A DNA stretch of 64,000 nt from contig OY761556.1 in NCBI GenBank assembly GCA_963664705.1, forward strand, positions 5,824,001 through 5,888,000, in the 5' to 3' direction. Source of the DNA: Acidobacteriota bacterium. Lineage in GTDB: Bacteria; Acidobacteriota; UBA6911. Below, one piece after another: positions 10,700 to 20,441 of this stretch. The notes beneath the pieces were generated by a model that saw nothing but the letters and a program-made list of their open reading frames with translations, was not told where the DNA came from and made no database searches. Numbering within the stretch: the first letter of the stretch is position 1; the number at the start of each line of letters is the position of its first letter. Made by a program: the position numbers and the translations under genes.

Positions 10700-10735
10700 T
10701 ATCACGATGTGGTATGACAATACCATAATGCGGTA
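10700..10735. promoter_or_regulatory. Paired 15-bp pseudo-palindromes, putative IclR operators
   Basis: TATCACGATGTGGTA (10700-10714) and TACCATAATGCGGTA (10721-10735) start 21 bp apart in the 91-bp divergent intergenic region. Confidence 0.6.
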
Positions 10736-10763
10736 AAACCCAGTACCCTCAAAAGGAGACCAT

Positions 10764-11147
10764 ATGGTGAAATGGGCAAGAGTTCTGCTGTTTGTCTCTG
10801 TTGCGCTTTTTAGTCTGACTCCGGCCTTTGCCGCCGATGTTTCAGGTAAATGGACTACTGCGATACAGACTGGAATCGGGGTCATGAACTATACCTTCGA
10901 ATTTAAGGCCGATGGGGAGAAGCTCACAGGAAAGGCCGTGATGTCCATGGAAGGCGGGTCCAGTGAATCCGCCATAACGGAAGGATTCGTGAAGGGTGAT
11001 CAAATATCCTTTGTCGAAGCGCTGAAGGTTCAAGGCCAGGAACTCAGGAGTGAATACAAGGGCAAAATATCGGGTGATGAGATCCGCTGTTCCCGGCAGG
11101 TGGGCAGCTATGGAACGGAAGAGTTCGTAATAAAGCGCGCCAAATAG
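10764..11147 (+). CDS. Small secreted beta-rich (lipocalin-like) protein
   Basis: AAGGAG RBS, signal peptide ending AFA, ADVSGKW..FKADGEKLTG..GDQISF..YKGKISGDEI. Confidence 0.8.
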   Translation: MVKWARVLLFVSVALFSLTPAFAADVSGKWTTAIQTGIGVMNYTFEFKADGEKLTGKAVMSMEGGSSESAITEGFVKGDQISFVEALKVQGQELRSEYKGKISGDEIRCSRQVGSYGTEEFVIKRAK

Positions 11148-11220
11148 TTTTGCGGCCGCGAAGTCTGTCCTGGAAGAGGTCTTGGCAAACAAGCAGATTG
11201 CTTCAATGAGAGGAGCCGTT

Positions 11221-12156
11221 ATGGCCGACAAGCTGATCATCACAACAGCACTGACGGGCGCAATCACTATCCCAACCCAGACGCCTCACCTGCCCTTTAC
11301 GCCGGAGCACCTCATTGCAGACGCGATCGCATGTGGTCAAGCGGGCACTGCCGCAGTTCACGTGCATGCGCGCGATCCTGTAAACGGACGACCGCTTTCC
11401 GATCCCGACCTCTTTGGGCCGATCCTGAAAGGAATCAAAGCAGGCAGCAATGTTGTGGTAGGGACCACAACCGGAGGAGGTATGGGCATGTCACCTCAGG
11501 ACAGGCTGCGTGTGATTCCACGCTATCGTCCTGAGTTGGCATCGTTCAATCTGGGAAGCATCAATTTTTCTATTCATCCCGTGGCCAGGCGATACAAGGC
11601 CGAGGACTACAAATACGATTGGGAACAGTCGTATGCGGAAGGCACGAAGGATTTTATTTTTCGCAACACCTTCGGCGACATGGAGACCTACGCCAGTACG
11701 TTCGCGGAAAATAATGTGCGGCCCGAATTCGAGGCCTATGATGTGGGACACCTGTACAATTTGCGGTTCATGATGAAGAGCGGCATTGTGAAGCCTCCTT
11801 TTTGGATTCAGTTCGTTTTGGGAGTCCTGGGCGGTCTGGCCGCTACGATTGAAGATTTGATCGTGATGAAGCAAACGGCTGACCGGCTGTTCGGAGGCGA
11901 TAATTATCGATGGTCGGTCATCGGTGTTGGCTATCCCGCCGAGATCAATCTGGCGGCTATGGCAATTATGATGGGAGGACATGTGCGGGTAGGCCTCGAA
12001 GATAATATTTACATCGGCAAAGGCAAGCTCTGCACGAATGTCCAGCTTGTGGAAAAAATCGTGCGCCTGGCGCGAGAGTTTGACCGGGAAATCGCTACCC
12101 CTGATGACATGCGACAAATTCTGGGACTCAAGGGTACTGGAGCGGTTGGCTTTTAA
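11221..12156 (+). CDS. Beta-keto acid cleavage enzyme (BKACE/DUF849); candidate triacetate acetoacetate-lyase
   Basis: IITTALTGA, HVHARDP, TTGG, PEFEAYD, HVRVGLEDN. Confidence 0.9.
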   Translation: MADKLIITTALTGAITIPTQTPHLPFTPEHLIADAIACGQAGTAAVHVHARDPVNGRPLSDPDLFGPILKGIKAGSNVVVGTTTGGGMGMSPQDRLRVIPRYRPELASFNLGSINFSIHPVARRYKAEDYKYDWEQSYAEGTKDFIFRNTFGDMETYASTFAENNVRPEFEAYDVGHLYNLRFMMKSGIVKPPFWIQFVLGVLGGLAATIEDLIVMKQTADRLFGGDNYRWSVIGVGYPAEINLAAMAIMMGGHVRVGLEDNIYIGKGKLCTNVQLVEKIVRLAREFDREIATPDDMRQILGLKGTGAVGF

Positions 12157-12170
12157 AGAGGTACGACGGG

Positions 12171-12836
12171 ATGAGCAAATTCATAACTTGTACTGAAGCG
12201 GTTGAGATGATCCCCGATGGCGCCTCTCTCCTGATCGGAGGATTTATGGGGGTCGGATCGCCACACCGCGTAATCGCCGAAATGGTTCGCCAAGGACGGA
12301 AAGGGCTCACCATTATCGCCAACGATACCGGCACGCCGAATTTCGGGATTGGCCAATTGGTGCAAGCCCGGAGTATCCGCAAATTGATCGCATCTCATAT
12401 CGGGCTAAATCCCGAAACACAGAGGCAGGTAATCGCAGGAGAAATAGAAGCGGAGCTATGCCCGCAAGGTACGCTTGCGGAAAGGATTCGTGCTGGAGGC
12501 TTTGGGCTCGGCGGCGTTCTTACTCAGACAGGAATCGGAACCACCGTTGCCGAAGGGAAACCTGTTATTGACGTAGACGGGAAACAATATTTGCTCGAGA
12601 GACCTTTAACCGCTGATTTTGCACTGATCGCAGCGCATCGATCGGATTACCGAGGCAACCTGGAATATTCTATGACCGCGCGCAATTTCAACATGGTCAT
12701 GGCGACGGCCGGCCGGGTTGTCATTGCTGAACCTGAACACATCGTCCCGACCGGCGGCATACCTCCGGATGCGGTGGCGACTCCCTTCGTTTGCATTCAC
12801 CACATTATCGGGAGGGTTGGAACCAATGGACGATAA
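12171..12836 (+). CDS. atoD: Acetoacetate CoA-transferase subunit A
   Basis: IGGFMGVG, IASHIGLNPE, PQGTLAERIRAGG, ARNFN. Confidence 0.88.
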   Translation: MSKFITCTEAVEMIPDGASLLIGGFMGVGSPHRVIAEMVRQGRKGLTIIANDTGTPNFGIGQLVQARSIRKLIASHIGLNPETQRQVIAGEIEAELCPQGTLAERIRAGGFGLGGVLTQTGIGTTVAEGKPVIDVDGKQYLLERPLTADFALIAAHRSDYRGNLEYSMTARNFNMVMATAGRVVIAEPEHIVPTGGIPPDAVATPFVCIHHIIGRVGTNGR

Positions 12837-13476
12837 GGTCCTGATTGCGAAGCGTGTCGCTCGCGAATTAAGGGACGGGAGCCTCGTTAATCTTGGTATC
12901 GGCTTGCCAACACTGGTTCCCAGGTATTTGCCGCCCGGGATCGAAGTCTATTTCCAATCCGAAAACGGGATAATCGGCATGGCGCCCGTGCCTGGTGTCG
13001 GAATGGAAGAACCCTCGCTTACTGATGCCGGTGGCGGTTTTGTCGGTGCCATTCCCGGAGCCGCAAGCATCGACAGTTGCCTCTCGTTCGGACTGATCCG
13101 AGGCGGCCACCTCGATTTAACTATTCTCGGTGGGCTTGAAGTGGATGAACAGGGACGGTTGGCGAACTGGACCGTGCCGGGCAAGATGTTGCCGGGAATG
13201 GGCGGCGCCATGGATCTTGTGACCGGAGCCAAGCGGGTTATTGTCGCAATGTCCCACACTGCAAGAGGCAAACCAAAAATATTGAAGAATTGCACGCTGC
13301 CTTTGACGTCGGTGCGGCGAGTCAGCCTGATCGTGACGGAAATGGCCGTGATCGAACCAACAGAGGACGGCTTGCTTCTTAAAGAGATAGCCCCGGGATT
13401 GAGCGTGGCTAAGGTCGTTGAATCGACAGAAGCGAATCTGATTGTTTCGAAACCTGTTCTCGAAATGGCGTTATAA
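12826..13476 (+). CDS. atoA: Acetoacetate CoA-transferase subunit B
   Basis: VNLGIGLPT, catalytic QSENG, PGMGGAMDLV. Start MDDK overlaps the end of subunit A. Confidence 0.88.
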   Translation: MDDKVLIAKRVARELRDGSLVNLGIGLPTLVPRYLPPGIEVYFQSENGIIGMAPVPGVGMEEPSLTDAGGGFVGAIPGAASIDSCLSFGLIRGGHLDLTILGGLEVDEQGRLANWTVPGKMLPGMGGAMDLVTGAKRVIVAMSHTARGKPKILKNCTLPLTSVRRVSLIVTEMAVIEPTEDGLLLKEIAPGLSVAKVVESTEANLIVSKPVLEMAL

Positions 13477-13926
13477 CTCCCAACCCGTCCCGCAGATTCG
13501 CAATTCCAGGGATGATGCATTGAGTGCCAATACCATTGAGGTGTGCAAGCATCCGGGAACACGCAAAAATGTGATGCATTGGTACCACCGCTGCCAACGG
13601 GATGAACCTCAGCCGCTGGCATTTCCATGGCGTTAAACTGACGATTCAAGGAAGCTATTTAGAACCAATCCGTATATGGTGCGTTGCTAACTTGCATAGA
13701 ATACTTTCGTAGCTCTACAAGCCAACAGTATCGAATAGATAAAATGAAGCAAGCCGGGCCGGCATGCCATTTCATTTCTTGCTCCGCTGGCATCAAATAT
13801 CATAGATTTCCTGTCACGCTGTTTTGGGCAGTGATAGCAAATGTATATAGTCAATATAGGCAGCGTTCCGCGTTGCGGATTCCTGGTGCCGATACTGTAT
13901 GCAATTCCATAAGGTGAGGACCGGAT

Positions 13927-15597
13927 ATGGCGCGTAAAAGAGGTAATGCGAATGTGAAGGGTTTGTGCTCTTTGATTGCCGTCATTTTGTTGTATTTGTC
14001 TTCCTCGCTGCCCGCAGCTCCTCCCCAAAATAGGGGGGATGTATACTCTGTACTTGATCCACGGGGCATCTGGCCAAAAATCGAACGAATTCCATTGAGT
14101 CCCAGGCTGCCATCACTGAAAGGGAAGCGGATCTATATCATTAATTCCTGGGGCAGCGGCACAGGGTTTGAGACTATTTTTTCAAAAATCTCCGAGGTAA
14201 TACGAGAGCGCCAGCCCGATGCAACCGTAACAATCAAAGGACGCAATACCGGATATTCCTTAGATGACCCGGAGCTTTGGAAGGAAATGAAGACCAAAGC
14301 AGATGCCTTCATCTACGCTGGTGCCCCATCTTCATCCACCACTTCCTATGCGTTCCAGTGGTCGGCCGCGCTGGAAAAAATGGGTTTGCCGGGTGTCGTG
14401 TTGATGTATGACACCTTATTAAGTGTTGCAGACACCACTCGCAAGCGGCAGGGTGCTGAATTGCGCTATGTTGCGGTCCCTTTCCCTGCAGACACGATGA
14501 GCCCATCCCGGGAAAGCAAGGCTATCGATAGTATTTTGCAATGCCTTACTCTTCCGCTGGAGGCTCAAGAACAAAAAACCGGTTTTATCGAAGCACCGGA
14601 AAGACCGCGAATCATGACCAAAGGCAGCTTCGATGAAATTCAACAATATTTCCACACGCAGGGCTTGAGTGACGGCCTGCCGATTATTCCCCCTACGGAA
14701 GCACGAGTGGCGGCCATGCTGCGTGGTACGAGTCAGAAACCGGACACCGTGGTTATCAAAGCCCTAACGCCGGAAGGTCTGGGTGTCACAGTGGAGAAAG
14801 TTGCCATCAATGGCGTCATGGCAGGCTGTAAGCCCCGCCACATGCCGGTGCTTCTGGCTATGCTGGAGGCCTACGATCTGCACAATCGAACCAACTCTCT
14901 TGTGCGGTCCACGAATGCGTTCTCTTTTATGCAGGTTGTAAATGGGCCGATCCGCAAAGAGCTGGATATGAATGCCGGGACGTCTGTGCTGGGTCCGGGG
15001 AATTATGCCAACGCTGCCATGGGCCGTGCACTGCATTTATTTATCACCAATCTGGGTGGAGGAGTGTCCGGCATTAATATGATGTCGGTTGTAGGCAACA
15101 TCAGCACCTGGCCGTTCATGTTTGCCGAGTTTGAAGAGCAAAGCCCCTGGCAATCTTTAAGCGTCTCACAGGGATTTAAGAAAGAGGAAAACACTCTCAC
15201 AATGTTTACCGGTGGCTGGGCACACGCCGGTAACTACGGGCATGTGCGATTTACGCTGCAACATGTGGCTGAAGACATTGCTGAGTTTGAGCTTCCAAGT
15301 GGTGCCGCCATTATCATATCGCCAAAGCGTGCTGAGATATTAAAGGCTCAAGGGTATACCAAGCAGGGAATAGCCGATTACCTGGTTGAACACGCCACAA
15401 AGCCGCTTGGCAAACTGCGGTCCTCCCATTATTTTTCTGATACCGCGGATAGCGCTGGCAAGCCGGACAGCCTTGAATATCGTGTGTTCAAACCCGGCAC
15501 CGTTCATGTCATCGTGGCGGGAGGCGACGCCAGCCCCATGATGCAGGCCTGGCACATGTACAGGCCCATAACCGTTTCCATTGATAAATGGAAGTAA
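13927..15597 (+). CDS. Exported fusion of a UGSC-like domain and its usual partner domain (function unknown)
   Basis: Hydrophobic leader; LSPRLPSLKGKRI..ALEKMGLP; GLSDGLPIIPPTEARVAAML, VEKVAINGVMAGC, ANAAMGRAL. Confidence 0.65.
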   Translation: MARKRGNANVKGLCSLIAVILLYLSSSLPAAPPQNRGDVYSVLDPRGIWPKIERIPLSPRLPSLKGKRIYIINSWGSGTGFETIFSKISEVIRERQPDATVTIKGRNTGYSLDDPELWKEMKTKADAFIYAGAPSSSTTSYAFQWSAALEKMGLPGVVLMYDTLLSVADTTRKRQGAELRYVAVPFPADTMSPSRESKAIDSILQCLTLPLEAQEQKTGFIEAPERPRIMTKGSFDEIQQYFHTQGLSDGLPIIPPTEARVAAMLRGTSQKPDTVVIKALTPEGLGVTVEKVAINGVMAGCKPRHMPVLLAMLEAYDLHNRTNSLVRSTNAFSFMQVVNGPIRKELDMNAGTSVLGPGNYANAAMGRALHLFITNLGGGVSGINMMSVVGNISTWPFMFAEFEEQSPWQSLSVSQGFKKEENTLTMFTGGWAHAGNYGHVRFTLQHVAEDIAEFELPSGAAIIISPKRAEILKAQGYTKQGIADYLVEHATKPLGKLRSSHYFSDTADSAGKPDSLEYRVFKPGTVHVIVAGGDASPMMQAWHMYRPITVSIDKWK

Positions 15598-15905
15598 GCC
15601 TCCGTTGCTTAATGGATGATTTGGCTCATTCAAAATTGAGCGAGATTGGAAACACAAGGCTGTTGCGCGACGCACTCGGTTTTTCTCCTCAACCGATCAA
15701 ATCAGCGGTAAGCAAAGCGCCGAAGGCGCCTCAAGGCTGAGCTGCAGTCTGGGTGGTCGAGTTGTGTTAGGTTCTTTCCCACCCTTTCCTCAGGCCGCAC
15801 CATCTCCCGCATCAATATGGGGTGGTATTTGCGACATTTTTCGTAATAGTATACCGGTTTCGTTTCGCGCGCCTTTATTGATCCTTATCCCCGGTCATAC
15901 CTGAT

Positions 15906-18137
15906 ATGAATAGATGCAGACTCATTACATTGTCGATCATGCTTTATCTCCTGAGCGGTGCTTGTTTCAACCTAACCCTGGCCGCAGGAGATCCCGAAGT
16001 TGCCATCCGGCACACCTCCGGCAAGATTCAAATCGATGGGGTTTTAAATGATGCGGCTTGGCAGGAAGAGCCAAGTCTCACCACTCTGGTGCAGGTTGAG
16101 CCGCATCAGGGGGAACCCTCATCGGAACCCACCCTGGTCTGGCTTGCCTATTCCCGTAATTCGTTATACATCGCGGTGCGCTGCGAAGATCGCGATCCTC
16201 GGAAAATCGTTGCCACTGAAATGCAGCGAGACGCGGATGTAACCAACAACGATAATATTGAATTCATCCTCGACACATACCACGACAATCGAAATGCCTA
16301 CTATTTCGCGACCAATGCGGTAGGGGCTTTGGTGGACGGCCGGGTGACTGAAAATCAGAACCCGGCATTGGAGTGGGATGGGATCTGGAACGTCCGCACA
16401 CATATCGATGATCACGGCTGGTCCGCTGAGTTCGAGATTCCCTTTAAGACGATTGGCTTCAATCCGGGGATATCGAGATGGGGTTTTAATATTTCCCGAT
16501 ATCTTGCGCGAGGCAGAGAAACCTCAAGGTGGGCATCTCCTTCTCTCGACGTCAAACTCTTTCACGTCAGTCAATCCGGACACATCGTTGGGATTGAGGA
16601 CCCGTCTCAAGGCGTGGGCCTCGATATCAAGCCTTATGGATTAATGGGCGTCAGCCGGGATGTCACGCGCCGCGATGTTGTCCGCGCCGATCCGAATGCC
16701 GGAGCGGACATTTTTTATAGAATAACTTCCAATATTGTCTCCAGCACGACAATCAACACCGATTTTGCCGAGACGGAAGCCGACACTCGGCAGGTCAATT
16801 TGACAAGGTTCAAACTGTTTTATCCCGAAAAGCGATCCTTCTTTCTGGAGGACGCCGGAATATTTGAATTTGCTGCGATACCGTTCTATGGGCCGCCCGA
16901 TCTTTATACCGGCGGAGACCTGCTGCCGTTCTTCTCCCGTCGCATAGGATTGGCTGGAGACAACGAAATCCCTCTTCGTGTTGGGGAAAAGCTGACGGGC
17001 AAAGTAGGCAGATTCGACATAGGCTTGCTGGATGTGCAGACTGGCCGGCTTGACGAAGCTGAAACGCCCGGCAGGCCGGCTTTGCACGTAGCCAGCAGAA
17101 ATCTGGCCGTTGGGCGTGTGAAGGCGAATTTTCTCAGTCAGTCGTATGTCGGGGCCATTTTCACCAACGGCGACGCGACCGGGGAGGTCAGCAATCAACT
17201 GGCTGGACTGGACCTGAAACTGGCTACGTCAAATTTTCTAAACCATAGAAAAAACCTGAGCCTGATGCTGTTTGGATCAAGGAGCCGCACAACCGGACTT
17301 ACAAACAAGGATAGCTCCTACGGCGGCGTTATTTCTTACCCCAATGATTTCGTCAAACTTCACTATAAGTGGCTCAAGATCGAGGAGAACTACGATGCTT
17401 CTCTTGGTTTTGTCCCGCGCAGCGGAGTTCGGATATCTTCTGTCAATGCTGAAGTCAGTCCTCGGCCAAAATTCGGGAATATTCGACAAATTTCCTTTGA
17501 ATTCGGATATGAGGATTACTTCAAACTTAATCAGGGCACCTGGGAAACGAAACGGGGTCATATCAATCCGTTTCGCTTCCAGTTCAATACTGGAGATTTT
17601 GTCGGGTATGAGTGGCGGTGGGAAAAGGAGCAGCTCTTTGAACCCTGGCCCATCAGCCCCGCGAATGGGATTGTCCTACCGACGGGCCAATACAGCTTCA
17701 ACTCCCATAATTTCTTTTTGAAAACTTCGGAAAGCAGGCAATTCTCGCTCCGGAATCACTTCACCACCGGATCATTTTACTCTGGAACCATTCGAGGGAA
17801 TGAGAGCGAGTTCGTATGGAGAAAGAGCCGCCACCTGACCGCATCACTGACATGGTCGCAAAACTATATTCATTTGAAAGAAGGAGACTTCAATACCCAG
17901 CTTGTCATCGGCCGCATGGATTACTCCTTTACTCCATTCATCATGCTGTCAAACTTCGTACAGTATGACACGGATTCGCGGAATGTCGGTTTGCAGAGCC
18001 GGTTGCGTTGGATCCTGACGCCCGGAAACGAGTTCTTTGTGGTATTCAACCACAACTGGCAGGAGAATGAGCGGGACCGCTATGAATCCGCTCTCACTCG
18101 GTTCCGAGTGAAGCTGAATTATGCATTTCGATTCTGA
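15906..18137 (+). CDS. DUF5916 / CBM9-like domain outer-membrane protein
   Basis: Signal peptide, IDGVLNDAAW, GWSAEFEIPF, NTDFAETEAD..NLTRF..FYPEKRSFFLE, FFSRRIGL, terminal Y-x-F-x-F. Confidence 0.85.
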   Translation: MNRCRLITLSIMLYLLSGACFNLTLAAGDPEVAIRHTSGKIQIDGVLNDAAWQEEPSLTTLVQVEPHQGEPSSEPTLVWLAYSRNSLYIAVRCEDRDPRKIVATEMQRDADVTNNDNIEFILDTYHDNRNAYYFATNAVGALVDGRVTENQNPALEWDGIWNVRTHIDDHGWSAEFEIPFKTIGFNPGISRWGFNISRYLARGRETSRWASPSLDVKLFHVSQSGHIVGIEDPSQGVGLDIKPYGLMGVSRDVTRRDVVRADPNAGADIFYRITSNIVSSTTINTDFAETEADTRQVNLTRFKLFYPEKRSFFLEDAGIFEFAAIPFYGPPDLYTGGDLLPFFSRRIGLAGDNEIPLRVGEKLTGKVGRFDIGLLDVQTGRLDEAETPGRPALHVASRNLAVGRVKANFLSQSYVGAIFTNGDATGEVSNQLAGLDLKLATSNFLNHRKNLSLMLFGSRSRTTGLTNKDSSYGGVISYPNDFVKLHYKWLKIEENYDASLGFVPRSGVRISSVNAEVSPRPKFGNIRQISFEFGYEDYFKLNQGTWETKRGHINPFRFQFNTGDFVGYEWRWEKEQLFEPWPISPANGIVLPTGQYSFNSHNFFLKTSESRQFSLRNHFTTGSFYSGTIRGNESEFVWRKSRHLTASLTWSQNYIHLKEGDFNTQLVIGRMDYSFTPFIMLSNFVQYDTDSRNVGLQSRLRWILTPGNEFFVVFNHNWQENERDRYESALTRFRVKLNYAFRF

Positions 18138-18369
18138 ACCTTTTCTGGCCTTTTCCGGCTAATCTGAAAACGGACTGAACGTATATCCAACGATTTGGCC
18201 GTCTAACCTAAATCCGTCTCGATCACGCCAGGTTTTGGACAGACTTATATTGAGGCGATAGTACAGTACTGCCCACCGCCTCAGCACGATCTCAAGTCAT
18301 CGGAGGCAGGGGATTCTTTGTGAGTGCGACTGCCGGGTCGCTTCTATTTCTGAAATCCAAAACACTAAC

Positions 18370-18417
18370 TTGACACTCTCGGTTGGAACACAGTAATGTA
18401 AGTCAGCGCAAACTTAC
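18370..18417 (+). promoter_or_regulatory. Sigma70-like promoter and TetR operator
   Basis: TTGACA at 18370, TAATGT at 18394; inverted repeat GTAAGT-N8-ACTTAC at 18398-18417, just upstream of the TetR gene. Confidence 0.6.
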
Positions 18418-18434
18418 TTTATTCCGGAAATCAA

Positions 18435-19142
18435 ATGAAAACTCGTGGGACTCGATCTATTCGCAAGCAACCTGCTCCGCAAAAGAGACGTCTTAAGGCA
18501 CCAGAACGACGAATCCAGCTGCTCCGGATCGCAAAGGAATTCTTTTCAGAACACGGGTTTGAGAACACGACCGCAAAGGAAATCGCGGAAGCCGCGGGGG
18601 TGACCGAAGCAATCGTATTCAGGCACTTTGGTTCCAAACAGGAGCTTTATGCGAACATACTTGACCGCAAGGCAGAGGAAATAGGCATCGATGATTGGGG
18701 GGCCGAACTGGATCGGCTTGCGAAATCTGAAAATGATGAAGCTCTGGTCTTGTCGGTAATCAAACATATTCTGGAAGCTGACCGCCAGGACCCCCAGTTT
18801 CGAAGATTGCTGCTCCAGGCAGCATTAACGGGGCATCCGCTTCGGGAAATAACGGCTCAACGGCTTCTGCCTCTCCACAAATTTCTCTGTGCCTACATCA
18901 AAAAGAGACAGAAGCGAGGAGCCTTTCAGAAGTGCGCCCCGGAACTGGCGGCACACGCTATCGTCAGTATCCCCAGCTATTATGGGTTGGCAAAAATATT
19001 ATTTGGTATAGACATCATGAACCTTCCAGAAGAGCAAATGGCATCCGGCTTTGCGGGAATAATTCTGGATGGATTGCATGCTGTCGATGCACCTTCAGGT
19101 GAGAGCACAAAAGTGAGGCGCAGGCGCAGTGGGGGAAAGTAA
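18435..19142 (+). CDS. TetR/AcrR family regulator
   Basis: FSEHGFENTTAKEIAEAAGVTEAIVFRHFGSKQEL. Confidence 0.92.
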   Translation: MKTRGTRSIRKQPAPQKRRLKAPERRIQLLRIAKEFFSEHGFENTTAKEIAEAAGVTEAIVFRHFGSKQELYANILDRKAEEIGIDDWGAELDRLAKSENDEALVLSVIKHILEADRQDPQFRRLLLQAALTGHPLREITAQRLLPLHKFLCAYIKKRQKRGAFQKCAPELAAHAIVSIPSYYGLAKILFGIDIMNLPEEQMASGFAGIILDGLHAVDAPSGESTKVRRRRSGGK

Positions 19143-19171
19143 ACGATTACAAATGCCTTGGGAGTCCATCC

Positions 19172-20410
19172 ATGAATAAAGTCAGTCGCTTATGCTGCGT
19201 GGTCTTTGCGGGGTTGCTGTTATCCCTTGGTCTGTTCGCACAATCTCCGGGCAAAATCGAAATCGGCAAGATGAATCCGGCCGGCCTGCTGGTGGACAAA
19301 TACAGCTACATGGCACAACCCTACAGCTTCTATTACTTCCATCACATGGACCTCCTTGGCCTGCGCACCGACTGGATACAAAAGGCGAAGGAAGTATATC
19401 CATTGCGTGAGCCCGCCCGGGAGTGGGTGACGGATTATACGTTCCGTAACAGCCGCTATTCTCTGGGTGATTACTTCAAGCGGAATTATGTGACCGGTTT
19501 CCTGGTTCTTCACAAGGATCAGATATTGGTGGAAAAGTACTTTCATGATGCAGATCGACAATCGAGGTTTGTGTCACAGTCGTTATCCAAATCGATTATC
19601 TCCATCCTGGTTGGCGCTGCCGTCGAGGATGGTGCAATAAAAAGCGTCGATGATCCTGTCACAAAATATTTGCCGTTTTTATCCGAAAGCGGTTACCGCA
19701 ATGTTTCGGTGAAGAACGTGCTTCAGATGTCCACCGGCGTGGAATACAGCGAAAACTATCGGGATCCGAAATCCGGAGCCGCCTTGATCGGTGCCGCGCT
19801 GCTCACAGGCAATCCATCCTTCGAAAAGTATGTGCAATCGATTCAGCCGACCAAAATTCCTCCGGGGACCAAGTTTGAATATCAGAGCGTTAACACCCAG
19901 GTTTTGGGCCTTCTCCTCGAAAAAGTTACCGGCAAGCGGCTCAATGCATATGCCCAGGAAAAGCTGTGGAGCAAAATCGGCGCCGAGAGCGATGCATTTT
20001 TCTATGAGTCAAAGAGCCAGCCAAACACCTGCGCATTTGCCTGCTTCAACGCCACAGTACGGGATTACGCGCGGGTTGGACTGATGATGCTTCAAGGAGG
20101 CACTCTGGGTAAACAGCGTGTCGTGTCAAACAAATGGGTGCAAGATTCCACGAGACCCGATGCGCCCTATCTTGAACCGAAACAAGGCGGGCCTGAAGGC
20201 GGCTATGGATATGCATACCAGTGGTGGGTTCCCCCGGGACGTGATCGTGTGTTCATGGGATTGGGCATCTACGGACAATGCATTTACGTAAATCCCGCCC
20301 GTCAGGTTGTTATCGTACAAACGAGCGCCTGGCCGGAACCGGTTTCCCCCATTCTGGAGGAAGAGCAGAATACGTTATTTAACAGGATTGCGAGCGAAAT
20401 TGTGCCGTGA
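19172..20410 (+). CDS. Secreted serine hydrolase (class C beta-lactamase/NylB-like)
   Basis: Signal peptide, SLSK (SxxK), FEYQSVNT, YAYQWW, GIYGQ. Confidence 0.85.
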   Translation: MNKVSRLCCVVFAGLLLSLGLFAQSPGKIEIGKMNPAGLLVDKYSYMAQPYSFYYFHHMDLLGLRTDWIQKAKEVYPLREPAREWVTDYTFRNSRYSLGDYFKRNYVTGFLVLHKDQILVEKYFHDADRQSRFVSQSLSKSIISILVGAAVEDGAIKSVDDPVTKYLPFLSESGYRNVSVKNVLQMSTGVEYSENYRDPKSGAALIGAALLTGNPSFEKYVQSIQPTKIPPGTKFEYQSVNTQVLGLLLEKVTGKRLNAYAQEKLWSKIGAESDAFFYESKSQPNTCAFACFNATVRDYARVGLMMLQGGTLGKQRVVSNKWVQDSTRPDAPYLEPKQGGPEGGYGYAYQWWVPPGRDRVFMGLGIYGQCIYVNPARQVVIVQTSAWPEPVSPILEEEQNTLFNRIASEIVP

Positions 20411-20441
20411 GCTTCGCATTTGATGAAAGAGAAGCGATAAT

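Noticed and set aside
13480-13920. Possible gene fragment (..CKHPGTRKNVMHWY..) in the intergenic region
   Set aside because: No start or recognisable family; cannot be supported.
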